Shown here in pieces: positions 1-9,329 of a stretch of DNA of 64,000 nucleotides; position 1 is the first letter of the stretch; each line of letters begins with the position of its first letter. The DNA is from an uncultured Candidatus Saccharibacteria bacterium. Its GTDB lineage: Bacteria; Patescibacteriota; Minisyncoccia; Minisyncoccales; Staskawiczbacteraceae. The notes below the pieces were generated by a model. The model worked only from the letters and a program-made list of their open reading frames with translations. It had not been told where the DNA came from and made no database searches. Both the position numbers and the translations under genes were made by a program. The DNA lies in contig CAYZNK010000003.1 of NCBI GenBank assembly GCA_964479955.1, positions 2,329 to 66,328 on the forward strand. The letters run 5' to 3'.

Positions 1-69
1 GTTTACCGCATAGGGACGGATGACTCAAACGAACTTGAAACCGCAATTAAACGGATTATAAATTTTTAG
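1..69 (+). CDS. 3' end of an unidentified CDS cut by the window edge
   Basis: Frame 1 is open from nt 1 to TAG at 67-69 (..ETAIKRIINF*), followed by a hairpin and T-run. Too short to identify. Confidence 0.25.
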   Translation, partial: VYRIGTDDSNELETAIKRIINF

Positions 70-83
70 TATTGCAAATAAAA

Positions 84-110
84 ACAACGACTTTATGGGT
101 CGCTGTTTTT
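84..110 (+). terminator. Rho-independent terminator candidate
   Basis: acaacgac/gtcgctgt stem (1 mismatch), loop tttatgg, then TTTT at 107-110, right after the partial CDS. Confidence 0.5.
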
Positions 111-158
111 ATTTATGTGATGATAGCTAAAAAACTCTTTTTCATATATAAATAATAT

Positions 159-614
159 ATGAATTCATCACACAAAATTCTTGATGAGGACTTTGTTCAA
201 AAGTGTTTAATTGCTTATTTGGAAAGACAAGGATGGAGTAAATCGTTACAAAGTGCTGAGCTGTGGGAGCACGGTGTTGATATAAAAGTAAGGAACAATA
301 AATTTTCTCGTTATTGGTTAATTGAAGCCAAAGGAGATCCGTCTGAATCTGTAAAAAGCCCCGGTGGTAGTAGAAGTAGCTCTTTAAATTCTGCCTTAGG
401 ACAAATCCTTACAAGAATGCACCGCAACGGAAAAAGAGTTTACAAATATGGATATAAATATGGTATTGCGTTACCACATTCTTTTAGGGGTATGGTGATA
501 AAAAAAATTCCATTTGATGTAATGGACAAGTTAAACTTATTTGTATTTTTTGTAGATTCTAGAGGATCTGTGGAGGAGATTGATTGGAAGACTATGAAAA
601 AACTTCGGTCTTAG
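159..614 (+). CDS. PD-(D/E)xK nuclease-fold (restriction-endonuclease-like) protein, function unknown
   Basis: 151 aa. HGVDIKV...YWLIEAKG fits the D...(E)xK catalytic signature. Lies next to the recombinase gene. Confidence 0.5.
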   Translation: MNSSHKILDEDFVQKCLIAYLERQGWSKSLQSAELWEHGVDIKVRNNKFSRYWLIEAKGDPSESVKSPGGSRSSSLNSALGQILTRMHRNGKRVYKYGYKYGIALPHSFRGMVIKKIPFDVMDKLNLFVFFVDSRGSVEEIDWKTMKKLRS

Positions 615-616
615 TT

Positions 617-1939
617 TTAATCAAGTAGTGTTAGCATTTTATCTTTATAGATTATTCTAGATCTAAGATTCGCTAGTAGCTCTCTCTTCTCCCCAACAGT
701 GCCTTCTTTCAGGATGTATTTGGCGAAGTTTCGTATATCAGTATCCTGATTGTTTTTAATCTTTTCTGTTGCTCCAAGCACTGATCTCTGGAAGATATTA
801 AATCTCGCAATTTCATCTTCCAGTTTTTGTCTCATTCCTAATTCGTTAATATTGACCTTGTCTAATATTTTTAATAATTCGGTTATTAAATCTTCCTCGC
901 GAATATATTTGTTTTTGCAGTTTCTATCTCTCGCTCTGCTACATGAGTAGTAGATATATTTTGCGTGTGTTCCATCTTTGAGTTGTTTCCATTTTTCTTC
1001 GGCGGATATTCCGCTTCCGCAGTATCCGCAGGTAAATAGTTTAGTAAAGGCAAATTCTTTATTTTCTCTTTGTATATTATCTCTCTTTAGTTGTGCCTGA
1101 GCTTTTTCAAATAGTTCTTGGGTTATTATCGGTACGTGTTTTCCCTGATACCAATTACCGCTACCTTTCGGCGATTCAAATGTTCCGTAGTAGAAGTGGT
1201 TATCTAGGATCCTATATATTCCACTCAGTGTCAGGGGCTTGTTTCCTCGGGTATAGAAATTCAACTCGTGCCGTAACCAGTTATATAATTTTCTGCCCGA
1301 GTAATGTTCGTATGCCACCTTTTCAAACATCTTCTTAATCGCTGGCGCGCGTTGTGGATCAATAATTACCTGACACTTTTTATCCATCAAGTTTTGATTT
1401 AGATATCCGAGAGGCGCAACGCCCGGCCATAATCCCATCTCAACTCTTGTTCGCAATCCGCGTTTTACGTTTACACCTCTGTTATCATTCTCAAGTTTGG
1501 CTTGCGATCCAAGAATCATCAGTAAGAATTTTTCATTTGGGTTGTTTGAAAACTTTTGTCCATAAGTTCTGATTTCTTGGAGAAGTCCTGCGTCCATCAA
1601 GTCCACAATCTTTCCTAAGTCGCCAGCATTTCTTGAAATACGATCAGGAGCCCATGTGAGGATAGCGTTGTACTTCTTCGCTTTTATTTCCTCTACAATT
1701 TCATTAAAGATTGGTCTTTGGCCAGTTTCCTTGGCCGAATGGCTTTCTCGCTTCATACAGACTACTTCTAAACATTCTCGTTCAGCGAGCTGGAGCATCT
1801 CTTTTATCTGAGAATCTATGGAAAGTACCTGTCTTTCCTCTGATTCCGTTGATTTACGGGCATACAGGCAATACTTGACTTTGACCGCTTGAGGCTGTAT
1901 TTGGGCCACCTCATAGCCCTTTGGGGCTGTTATTTTCAT
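617..1939 (-). CDS. Large serine recombinase (integrase type)
   Basis: N-terminal YARKSTESEERQ (catalytic Ser), APDRISRN, recombinase domain, and C-terminal zinc ribbon CGYCGS...YYSCS..NC. The track start at 1960 is TTG; the ATG at 1939 is preferred. Confidence 0.9.
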   Translation of the reverse strand: MKITAPKGYEVAQIQPQAVKVKYCLYARKSTESEERQVLSIDSQIKEMLQLAERECLEVVCMKRESHSAKETGQRPIFNEIVEEIKAKKYNAILTWAPDRISRNAGDLGKIVDLMDAGLLQEIRTYGQKFSNNPNEKFLLMILGSQAKLENDNRGVNVKRGLRTRVEMGLWPGVAPLGYLNQNLMDKKCQVIIDPQRAPAIKKMFEKVAYEHYSGRKLYNWLRHELNFYTRGNKPLTLSGIYRILDNHFYYGTFESPKGSGNWYQGKHVPIITQELFEKAQAQLKRDNIQRENKEFAFTKLFTCGYCGSGISAEEKWKQLKDGTHAKYIYYSCSRARDRNCKNKYIREEDLITELLKILDKVNINELGMRQKLEDEIARFNIFQRSVLGATEKIKNNQDTDIRNFAKYILKEGTVGEKRELLANLRSRIIYKDKMLTLLD

Positions 1940-2049
1940 ATATCTAATGAATGACGCCAATCCTCGAAGGAGTCCAGAGCGTCCCGAGTAGATAACTTGT
2001 AGACAAGTAAATTACCCCTATTTTCAAGGTTAAGCTACTATACAGACCT

Positions 2050-3795
2050 ATGAAAACCTATGAACATTTGACTTTATATTTGGAGTCTGATAGACTTAAA
2101 TTACAATATATGAGAAAAGACATCCAAGAAAAACTCAAAGGAATGCCAGAGTTACTCTCTATCGGTCAGGTAGCAGAGATTTTTAGCATCCACCAAGATA
2201 CTTTAAGAAATTGGGAAAAGGACGGCACCCTCGTTCCCCTTAGAGTTGGCCCACGTAAAGATCGCAAATATCGCCCACAGGATATTCAAGCGATCGTGGA
2301 CAAAATGGGTAGCAAACTTACTTTGCCTCAGCTTGAAGCTTTTCTTTGGAAGAGTGCCGACATTCTCCGAGGAAAAATAGACAGCTCGGATTATAAAAAA
2401 TATATCTTCGGGCTTTTGTTTTATAAAAGAATGAGCGATGTGTGGGATGAAGAGTACGAGTCGGTAATGAAAGAGTATAATGATAAGACAATTGCTGGCG
2501 CCGATTACAATCACCGTTTTCAGGTTCCAAAAGATTGCCGATGGAATGTTATTACCGAACAAGCAGAAAGCATCGGTCAAAAGCTAAATGATATTTTTGA
2601 AAAACTCGCTAATGCCAATAGTCCAAAGTTGGACAAGATTTTTGACGATCTTGATTTTTCAAACAGAGATCGTTTTCCAAACGAAACACTTCAGAGACTT
2701 ATAAATCACTTTTCTCAATACAATTTTGGTAATACCTATATTAGCTCTGACCTCTTGGGCGACGCATACGAATATCTCATCAAGCAATTCGCGGCGGATG
2801 CGGGAAAGAAAGGCGGAGAATTCTACACACCTCGTGAAGTTGAAAAAGTCATTATTGGAATTTTAAAACCTCATCAAAAAGATCACATATATGATCCAAC
2901 TGCTGGATCGGGCGGCTTCCTGCTTGAAGCTTATGACTATCTAAAACAAAAGTCTGGCGAAAAGATTGCCAAAACACTTTATCTTTATGGTCAGGAATTA
3001 AATATCAGCACCTTTGCCATTGCAAAAATAAATATGTTTTTGCACGGTCTTGATAGTGCCGATATTCGTCGCGGTGACACAATAGCCAATCCGCAATTCC
3101 TAACACAAAACGGAAATCTACAAACATTTGATATCTGCGTAGCAAATCCACCCTACTCAATTAAAGATTGGGAATCAGAAATTTTTAAGACAAATAAATA
3201 TGGCCGTCTTGAGGGTTACGATATGCCTCCAGAAAAAAATGCCGACTATGCTTTTGTTTTGCATATCATTAAATCAATGAATGTAAACGGCCGAGCTGGT
3301 ATTGTACTTCCGCACGGAGTTCTATTCCGCGGTGGTGCCGAGGGACGTATTCGTGAACAGATTCTTAAAAATGATTTGATTGAAGCTGTAATTGCTTTAC
3401 CATCTAAACTTTTCTACGGTACAGGTATTCCAGCGGCTATTCTTATCCTTAATAAAAACAAGCCAGAAAATAAAAAGAATAAGGTTTTGATTATTGATGC
3501 AGAAAAAGATTTTCTTGAGGGAAAAAATCAAAATTCACTCCGACCACAGGATATAAATAAAATTGTAAAAGCATACGACGGATATTCTGATATTGAAAAA
3601 TATGCTCGCGTGGTAGATATGAAAGAAATTGCAGAAAAAGAACACAACCTAAATATCAGCCAATATATTGATTCTTCCGAACAAGAAGAAGTAATTGATG
3701 TAAAAAAAGTTCGAAAGGAATTAATTGCTCTTGAAAAAGAACGAGAAGAAATAAATAAGAAAGTCGAGAGTTTTCTTTCAGAACTTGATTATTAA
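2050..3795 (+). CDS. hsdM: Type I R-M methyltransferase subunit HsdM with an extra N-terminal excisionase/MerR-type HTH domain
   Basis: HsdM_N-like LEAFLWKSADILRG, motif I DPTAGSGGFL, motif IV NPPY (VANPPYSIKDW). About 90 aa of N-terminal extension carries the HTH SIGQVAEIFSIHQDTLRNWEKDG. Confidence 0.9.
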   Translation: MKTYEHLTLYLESDRLKLQYMRKDIQEKLKGMPELLSIGQVAEIFSIHQDTLRNWEKDGTLVPLRVGPRKDRKYRPQDIQAIVDKMGSKLTLPQLEAFLWKSADILRGKIDSSDYKKYIFGLLFYKRMSDVWDEEYESVMKEYNDKTIAGADYNHRFQVPKDCRWNVITEQAESIGQKLNDIFEKLANANSPKLDKIFDDLDFSNRDRFPNETLQRLINHFSQYNFGNTYISSDLLGDAYEYLIKQFAADAGKKGGEFYTPREVEKVIIGILKPHQKDHIYDPTAGSGGFLLEAYDYLKQKSGEKIAKTLYLYGQELNISTFAIAKINMFLHGLDSADIRRGDTIANPQFLTQNGNLQTFDICVANPPYSIKDWESEIFKTNKYGRLEGYDMPPEKNADYAFVLHIIKSMNVNGRAGIVLPHGVLFRGGAEGRIREQILKNDLIEAVIALPSKLFYGTGIPAAILILNKNKPENKKNKVLIIDAEKDFLEGKNQNSLRPQDINKIVKAYDGYSDIEKYARVVDMKEIAEKEHNLNISQYIDSSEQEEVIDVKKVRKELIALEKEREEINKKVESFLSELDY

Positions 3796-3796
3796 T

Positions 3797-5011
3797 ATGA
3801 CAATAACGGAACAAAAACTAGTACCAAAAGGATGGCAAGTCAAAACAATTGATGATGTTTCTTTGGTGTTTAAGGGTAAGGGATTGTCTAAAGATAAAAT
3901 TAGTCCCTTAGGTAAATATAAATGTATTTTATATGGCCAGCTTTTTACAACTTACAATGAAGTAATAAAAGAAGTTAAAAGTAGAACTGATTTTAATGAG
4001 GGGGTGAAGTCTCAAAGTGGTGATGTTCTTATGCCAGGATCTACAACAACAAAAGCTGAAGATCTTGCGATCGCGTCAACTGTTTTAGAAGATAATGTCT
4101 TACTTGGTGGAGATATTAATATTTTAAGAAATAAAGAAAATACATACGATCCTATTTTTTTAGCTTACTACATAACTAACTATAAAAGACAAGAGATTGG
4201 TAATTTTGGGCAAGGAATAACCATCATACATTTATACGGTCGTGATATAAGAAAGATCAAGCTTATCTTGCCTCCACTTTATGAACAAAGAAGGATAGTG
4301 GAGATTTTATCTAGTGTTGATGAAGAAATTAAAACAACCGATGAAATAATTTTACAGACAGAAAAATTAAAGAAAGGGTTAATTCAGGATTTATTTACAA
4401 AAAATAATAAAATTAAAAAATTAAAAATAAGAGACATCTCAGAAGTTACATCAAGTAAAAGAGTAATGGTTTCTGATTATGTAGAACAAGGAATCCCGTT
4501 TTATCGTTCAACAGAAATTATAAAAAAGTCAAAAAATATTCCTCTTACAGATTTATTATATATTTCTAAAGAGAAATTTAATTTTTTTAAGGATCGTTTT
4601 GGTGCACCAGAAAAAGGAGACATACTTATTACCGCAGTGGGGACGATTGGAGATGTCTATATGGTACAGAATGAGACCTTTTATTTTAAAGATGGGAACT
4701 CCGTTTGGATTAGAAAAATAAAGAATTCGGTTTTACCAGAATATTTAAGAATGATGCTTGGTTCAAAGTTCTATAGAGAAAAGTTGAATAGTATTGCTGG
4801 TGGTTCAAGCCAAAAAGCACTGACTATTCAAAAATTAGAGAATGTAGAAATACCCATACCATCTATAGTAGAACAAAAAAAATTGATCGAGATTATTTTT
4901 GCGGTAGAAAATAAAACAAAAATATACACTTTAATAAAAAATAATCTTAAACAACTTAAAATAGGTCTCGCCCAGGATTTATTGAGTGGCAACAAAAGAG
5001 TAAAAATATGA
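3797..5011 (+). CDS. hsdS: Type I R-M specificity subunit HsdS
   Basis: Two variable target-recognition halves separated by conserved repeats (LPPLYEQRRIVEIL.., IPIPSIVEQKKLIEII..). The ATG lies 1 nt after the hsdM stop; the track start at 3785 is TTG. Confidence 0.85.
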   Translation: MTITEQKLVPKGWQVKTIDDVSLVFKGKGLSKDKISPLGKYKCILYGQLFTTYNEVIKEVKSRTDFNEGVKSQSGDVLMPGSTTTKAEDLAIASTVLEDNVLLGGDINILRNKENTYDPIFLAYYITNYKRQEIGNFGQGITIIHLYGRDIRKIKLILPPLYEQRRIVEILSSVDEEIKTTDEIILQTEKLKKGLIQDLFTKNNKIKKLKIRDISEVTSSKRVMVSDYVEQGIPFYRSTEIIKKSKNIPLTDLLYISKEKFNFFKDRFGAPEKGDILITAVGTIGDVYMVQNETFYFKDGNSVWIRKIKNSVLPEYLRMMLGSKFYREKLNSIAGGSSQKALTIQKLENVEIPIPSIVEQKKLIEIIFAVENKTKIYTLIKNNLKQLKIGLAQDLLSGNKRVKI

Positions 5012-5844
5012 ATTTAAAAGAACGAATGGAAAAATTTAATAAGAGATGGAGTATAACTTCGACGGATTCGTATGAAGAAGCTTTTTCAAAATTCAAGACA
5101 AGAATTTTAAATATTTTTAAGGATATTGATAGACACCTCACAGATAAAAGTATTACAGCTTTTTGTCAGTATTATGGCATTGAAGAAGTGTGGCATTCAC
5201 AACCATACGGAGATTATTCATGGAGTACAAATGTGATTAATCGATTAAATCAAGAAAATGACGAAAAAGAATTTTACAGATTAATAGAACTTATATTTTC
5301 TTTAGATATCACATCTTCAATGGGATATGATCATAGTTATACTTATAGTAGGAATATTCTTTTTAGAGAAATTTCCAATGCTGTCGATTTGTCAGATGTA
5401 AATGTATCAATCACTGCAACCAACGGAGAGGTTATTTTATATCCGAAAGGAGAAAAATTGCTCGACACTGAATTAGTTGATTCACCTTTGTCATTTTTAA
5501 ACAAAGAAAGTGCCGAACACTTCGTCCAAGCTTTACAATTTTATCAAGCGAAGAAGCACATAAAATCAGCTGAAAGCCTAAGACGTTCTCTTGAGGAATT
5601 TTTGAGACATGAACTTAAAAATACAAAAGGATTAAATGCCAACATCCCTGAATTACAAACAAAACTAAAGTCTGATGGTCGTGATGCCCAAGTGCGAAAT
5701 ATTATTGGAACAACTCTAAATTATTTAGATCAATATTTTAACGAAAACAGTAAGCATAATGACGGTGATATTAATGATTCAGAAAATGAGTTCTTAATAT
5801 ATCAGGTTGGGTTATTGATGCGATATGTAAATAAAAATATATGA
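5008..5844 (+). CDS. Restriction-linked hypothetical protein (orf278) embedded between hsdS and hsdR
   Basis: 278 aa with ATGA overlaps at both ends (5008-5011, 5841-5844). No family recognised; the C-terminal helical region only vaguely resembles Abi_C/HEPN-like folds. Confidence 0.6.
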   Translation: MNLKERMEKFNKRWSITSTDSYEEAFSKFKTRILNIFKDIDRHLTDKSITAFCQYYGIEEVWHSQPYGDYSWSTNVINRLNQENDEKEFYRLIELIFSLDITSSMGYDHSYTYSRNILFREISNAVDLSDVNVSITATNGEVILYPKGEKLLDTELVDSPLSFLNKESAEHFVQALQFYQAKKHIKSAESLRRSLEEFLRHELKNTKGLNANIPELQTKLKSDGRDAQVRNIIGTTLNYLDQYFNENSKHNDGDINDSENEFLIYQVGLLMRYVNKNI

Positions 5845-8753
5845 AATTTAACGAACAATATACAATTGAATATCACATCATAAAATTCATACGAGAAAAA
5901 CTCGGCTATGAATATATTCCTGCGGAAGAATTTTCTAAACTCCGTTCTTTTGAAACTGAGTATATTATCACTTCTCATCTTTTGGAAGCGGTAAAGAAAA
6001 TTAACAATATTGACGATGCTGTAGCACAAAGCGTTGTGAGAGAAGTTAAAAAATCAGATACAAACGAAGCATTTCTACTCGTGATGCGAAACGGTATCAA
6101 TTTGAAAGATCCAAATACTGGTAACTTCCGCGATTATAAGATTGTTGATTTTGATAATCCTGAAAATAATCATTTTGTCGTTACTAATCAATTCTATTTT
6201 GAGGGAGCAACTGAAAACATCCGCCCTGATGTGATGATTTTCCTTAATGGTTTACCAGTTTGCGACATAGAGGCCAAAAGCCCTACTGCTTCCAGTAGTG
6301 TAAGTTTTGAAAATGCTATTGATCAGTTAAAGCGATATGAGAAAGTCGCACCTAAGCTTTTCCTACCTAACTGCCTTAATATTGCCACTGATGGTCTTAA
6401 AACCGTCTACGGAGCGACTTATTCCCCAAAGCAATACTTCCTTGCGTGGCGTGAAGACCCACAGGTTAAAGAGAAGAAATTTGAAGAAGAACTTGATTCC
6501 ACGCTTTTCTTTTTGCTGGATCAAAAGCAGATTCTTGATCTTATTAAAAACTTTATAGTTTTTGAGAAAAAGAAAGATGGAGTCACAAAGAAAATCACCA
6601 GATACCAGCAATTTTACGCGGCCAATAAAATAGTGGCTCGTGTTCAAGATGGTGAGAGAAAGAAAGGTTTGATTTGGCACACTCAAGGATCAGGTAAAAC
6701 TCTTACAATGTTTTTCACAGCTTGGAAACTTCGCTATAATCCAGAACTAAAAAATCCTAAAGTATTCATCTTGATTGATCGTATTGATCTTGATGATCAG
6801 GTATATGAAGAATTTGAAAGCTGGGGTGGACAAAATCTCGTCAGAATAGAATCACGAAAAGATCTTGAAAAGAAAATTAAAGGAGCTGACCGAGGTATAT
6901 TTATTTCAACAATTCAGAAATTTAGTGAATTGGAAGATATAGAAAATCTTGAGGGTAATGTGATTGTGCTTTCTGACGAAGCTCACCGAGACAATGAGGG
7001 TATTTCAGCCATTAAAATGCGTAATGCATTTAAGGATGCTTTCTTTTTTGGATTTACTGGAACACCAATTGATAAATTGACCCTCAATACTCACAGAAAC
7101 TTTGGCGAAGAGGGCGAACGCTATCTTGATTACTATTCTATTCAGCAAGCGATTGATGACGGCGCTACTTTGCCAGTTACCTACGAAGCCCGTCTTTCCA
7201 AATTCTTTATTGATGAGGAAAAAGTTGATCAGCAATTTAATGAACTAACTGCTGATTTGAATGATAAACAGAAAGAATTGCTTACTAAAAAATATGGTAA
7301 GAAAGAAGCACTTGTTAAGTTGGATAAAAGAATGGAAGCGGTTGCTCAAGATATTATTGAGCATTACAAGCTTTATGTTTTACCAAATGGATTCAAAGCT
7401 CAGGTTGTTTGTTATGATCGTGAAGCCACAGCTAAATACAAACAGTTGTTTGATAAGTTGATTCCAGTCGAATGGTCTGAAGTTGTTTATTCCCCGGGAG
7501 ATCCAAATAGCGAAAGCGATGATCTGAAAAAATACAATACAAACAAACAGAAGCGAGAGAAAATTATTGAGCAGTTCAAAGATCCAAATCATCCGCTTAA
7601 ATTCTTACTTGTGTGCGATATGCTTTTAACTGGTTTTGATGCACCAGTTGAACAAGTAATGTATTTGGACAAACCGCTTCGTGATCACAACCTGCTTCAA
7701 GCAATTGCCCGTACAAACCGAGTATTCCCAAATAAAGGATGTGGCAAGATTATCGATTACTATGGCGTAACTAAAAATCTCTACGACGCTCTTAACTTTG
7801 ATGAGAGTGTGGTTGATAGTGCCATGGTAGATATTAACCGTCTTAAAGAAGAGTTCTCAAAAGTTATTGGCGAAATAATGGAATTGTTTGTCGGGGTTAA
7901 TATCGAAGACCCATCAATAGATAATCTACGCCGATGCTTAAAGATATTTATTGAAAACCAGAGCAAACAACAATATTTCAAAGACAAGTACAGCCGACTC
8001 AAAATGCTTTTTGAGATTCTTTCACCCGATCCATTCCTGATGGACTATTTGCGCAAGTTTGAGTGGATTACCAGTTTTTATTTGGCTTTTGTAAAAGAAT
8101 TCCAAATCGATGATGTAGATTCTTTTTCTCTTGCCGAATATGGAGAGAAAATAAAAAGTTTAATTCAACAGAAAATTGACTATGAAGGTATTACCAAAAA
8201 CTTCCGAGAACTAAATATCCACGACTTAGCTACTTTAAACAAGCTTGATAAACTTCCCGAAGAAGAGAAGGCTCTTAATCTTGAAAAGATGTTAAAGCGT
8301 GAGATTTCAATTAACATTGATACTCATCCAGCATTCAAGAAATTCAGCGAACGACTTATTGCTATCCGCGTTGAGTTTGAAAAACACCAGATTGATTTAG
8401 CGGAAAGAATAAAACGATACTACGAACTTCTAAACGATATAAAGACAAAGACCGAAGAAGCTAAAGAATTGGGCTACACTCTCCGCGAATACGGCCTATT
8501 TGTAATCTCTGAAGAGTTTGTCAGCGAATCGGACAAAGATGTTGTTAAAGAGTTTGTAAAAGAAATGGCCGCACGACTTGAAGATGTTCTTGATGAAAAT
8601 TGGCAAGATTCATCTAAGAGAGAAGAATTTTTGAAAGAAGCAAAACGAACTCTGCAAGAATTAATCCTCAAAGACTATAAGGATAAAATAAAGGTTTCTG
8701 ATTTCCACAAATATTTAAATAGATTGGTGGATGTGGTAATTAAGCGATTTTAA
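5841..8753 (+). CDS. hsdR: Type I restriction enzyme R subunit HsdR
   Basis: N-terminal nuclease region (DIEAK), SF2 motor motifs HTQGSGKT, DEAH (LSDEAHRDNEG) and QAIARTNR. 970 aa. Confidence 0.92.
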   Translation: MKFNEQYTIEYHIIKFIREKLGYEYIPAEEFSKLRSFETEYIITSHLLEAVKKINNIDDAVAQSVVREVKKSDTNEAFLLVMRNGINLKDPNTGNFRDYKIVDFDNPENNHFVVTNQFYFEGATENIRPDVMIFLNGLPVCDIEAKSPTASSSVSFENAIDQLKRYEKVAPKLFLPNCLNIATDGLKTVYGATYSPKQYFLAWREDPQVKEKKFEEELDSTLFFLLDQKQILDLIKNFIVFEKKKDGVTKKITRYQQFYAANKIVARVQDGERKKGLIWHTQGSGKTLTMFFTAWKLRYNPELKNPKVFILIDRIDLDDQVYEEFESWGGQNLVRIESRKDLEKKIKGADRGIFISTIQKFSELEDIENLEGNVIVLSDEAHRDNEGISAIKMRNAFKDAFFFGFTGTPIDKLTLNTHRNFGEEGERYLDYYSIQQAIDDGATLPVTYEARLSKFFIDEEKVDQQFNELTADLNDKQKELLTKKYGKKEALVKLDKRMEAVAQDIIEHYKLYVLPNGFKAQVVCYDREATAKYKQLFDKLIPVEWSEVVYSPGDPNSESDDLKKYNTNKQKREKIIEQFKDPNHPLKFLLVCDMLLTGFDAPVEQVMYLDKPLRDHNLLQAIARTNRVFPNKGCGKIIDYYGVTKNLYDALNFDESVVDSAMVDINRLKEEFSKVIGEIMELFVGVNIEDPSIDNLRRCLKIFIENQSKQQYFKDKYSRLKMLFEILSPDPFLMDYLRKFEWITSFYLAFVKEFQIDDVDSFSLAEYGEKIKSLIQQKIDYEGITKNFRELNIHDLATLNKLDKLPEEEKALNLEKMLKREISINIDTHPAFKKFSERLIAIRVEFEKHQIDLAERIKRYYELLNDIKTKTEEAKELGYTLREYGLFVISEEFVSESDKDVVKEFVKEMAARLEDVLDENWQDSSKREEFLKEAKRTLQELILKDYKDKIKVSDFHKYLNRLVDVVIKRF

Positions 8754-8755
8754 TT

Positions 8756-9325
8756 ATGAAAAGAAAAATCGAGCTACATAAAAAGAAAGTCGAATACACC
8801 CTCAAGGTGAGCAAGCGAGCTCGAAGAATGAGACTGGCTATCTATTGCGATGGCAACTTTGTGGTCACCGCGCCGCGAAATATGAGTGAGAATATTGTTG
8901 AACAATTCATAATCAGAAAATCGCAGTGGATACTTGATAAGTTGGATTATTTCAAAAGCATCTCTGGGCAGGTATTTGCAAAAGGTACCAAAAAAGATTA
9001 TGCCGAATACAAAGATCAGGCGTTGGCCTTGGCTGAAAAACGAATTGGGTATTTCAATAAGACTTACGGTTTTAAATTCAACAAAATCAACATCAAGAAC
9101 CAAAAGACTCGCTGGGGTAGCTGTTCAAGAAAAGGTAATCTCAATTTTAACTACAAAATCGCCTTACTTCCCGAGAGATTGGCTGACTATATTATCGTCC
9201 ACGAGCTTTGTCACTTGAAAGAATTTAATCACTCACAAAAGTTTTGGAATTTAGTCGCTAAAATTATGCCTGATTATTTAGAAATCAGAAATGAGCTAAA
9301 AAGGAGCGGAATAAAATTTATTTAA
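8756..9325 (+). CDS. DUF45/YgjP-like HExxH metallopeptidase
   Basis: HELCHLKEFNHSQKFW zinc motif near the C-terminus and typical ~190 aa size. Starts 2 nt after the hsdR stop. Confidence 0.8.
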   Translation: MKRKIELHKKKVEYTLKVSKRARRMRLAIYCDGNFVVTAPRNMSENIVEQFIIRKSQWILDKLDYFKSISGQVFAKGTKKDYAEYKDQALALAEKRIGYFNKTYGFKFNKINIKNQKTRWGSCSRKGNLNFNYKIALLPERLADYIIVHELCHLKEFNHSQKFWNLVAKIMPDYLEIRNELKRSGIKFI

Positions 9326-9329
9326 TATT

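Noticed and set aside
2203-2580. Antisense or shadow ORFs inside well-supported genes (for example 2203-2580, 6363-6686, 26298-26873, 37877-38281, 47213-47614, 52252-52689, 53641-53949, 63327-63557)
   Set aside because: Each lies entirely within a strongly supported gene on the other strand or in another frame. They have low-complexity translations and no independent motif support.
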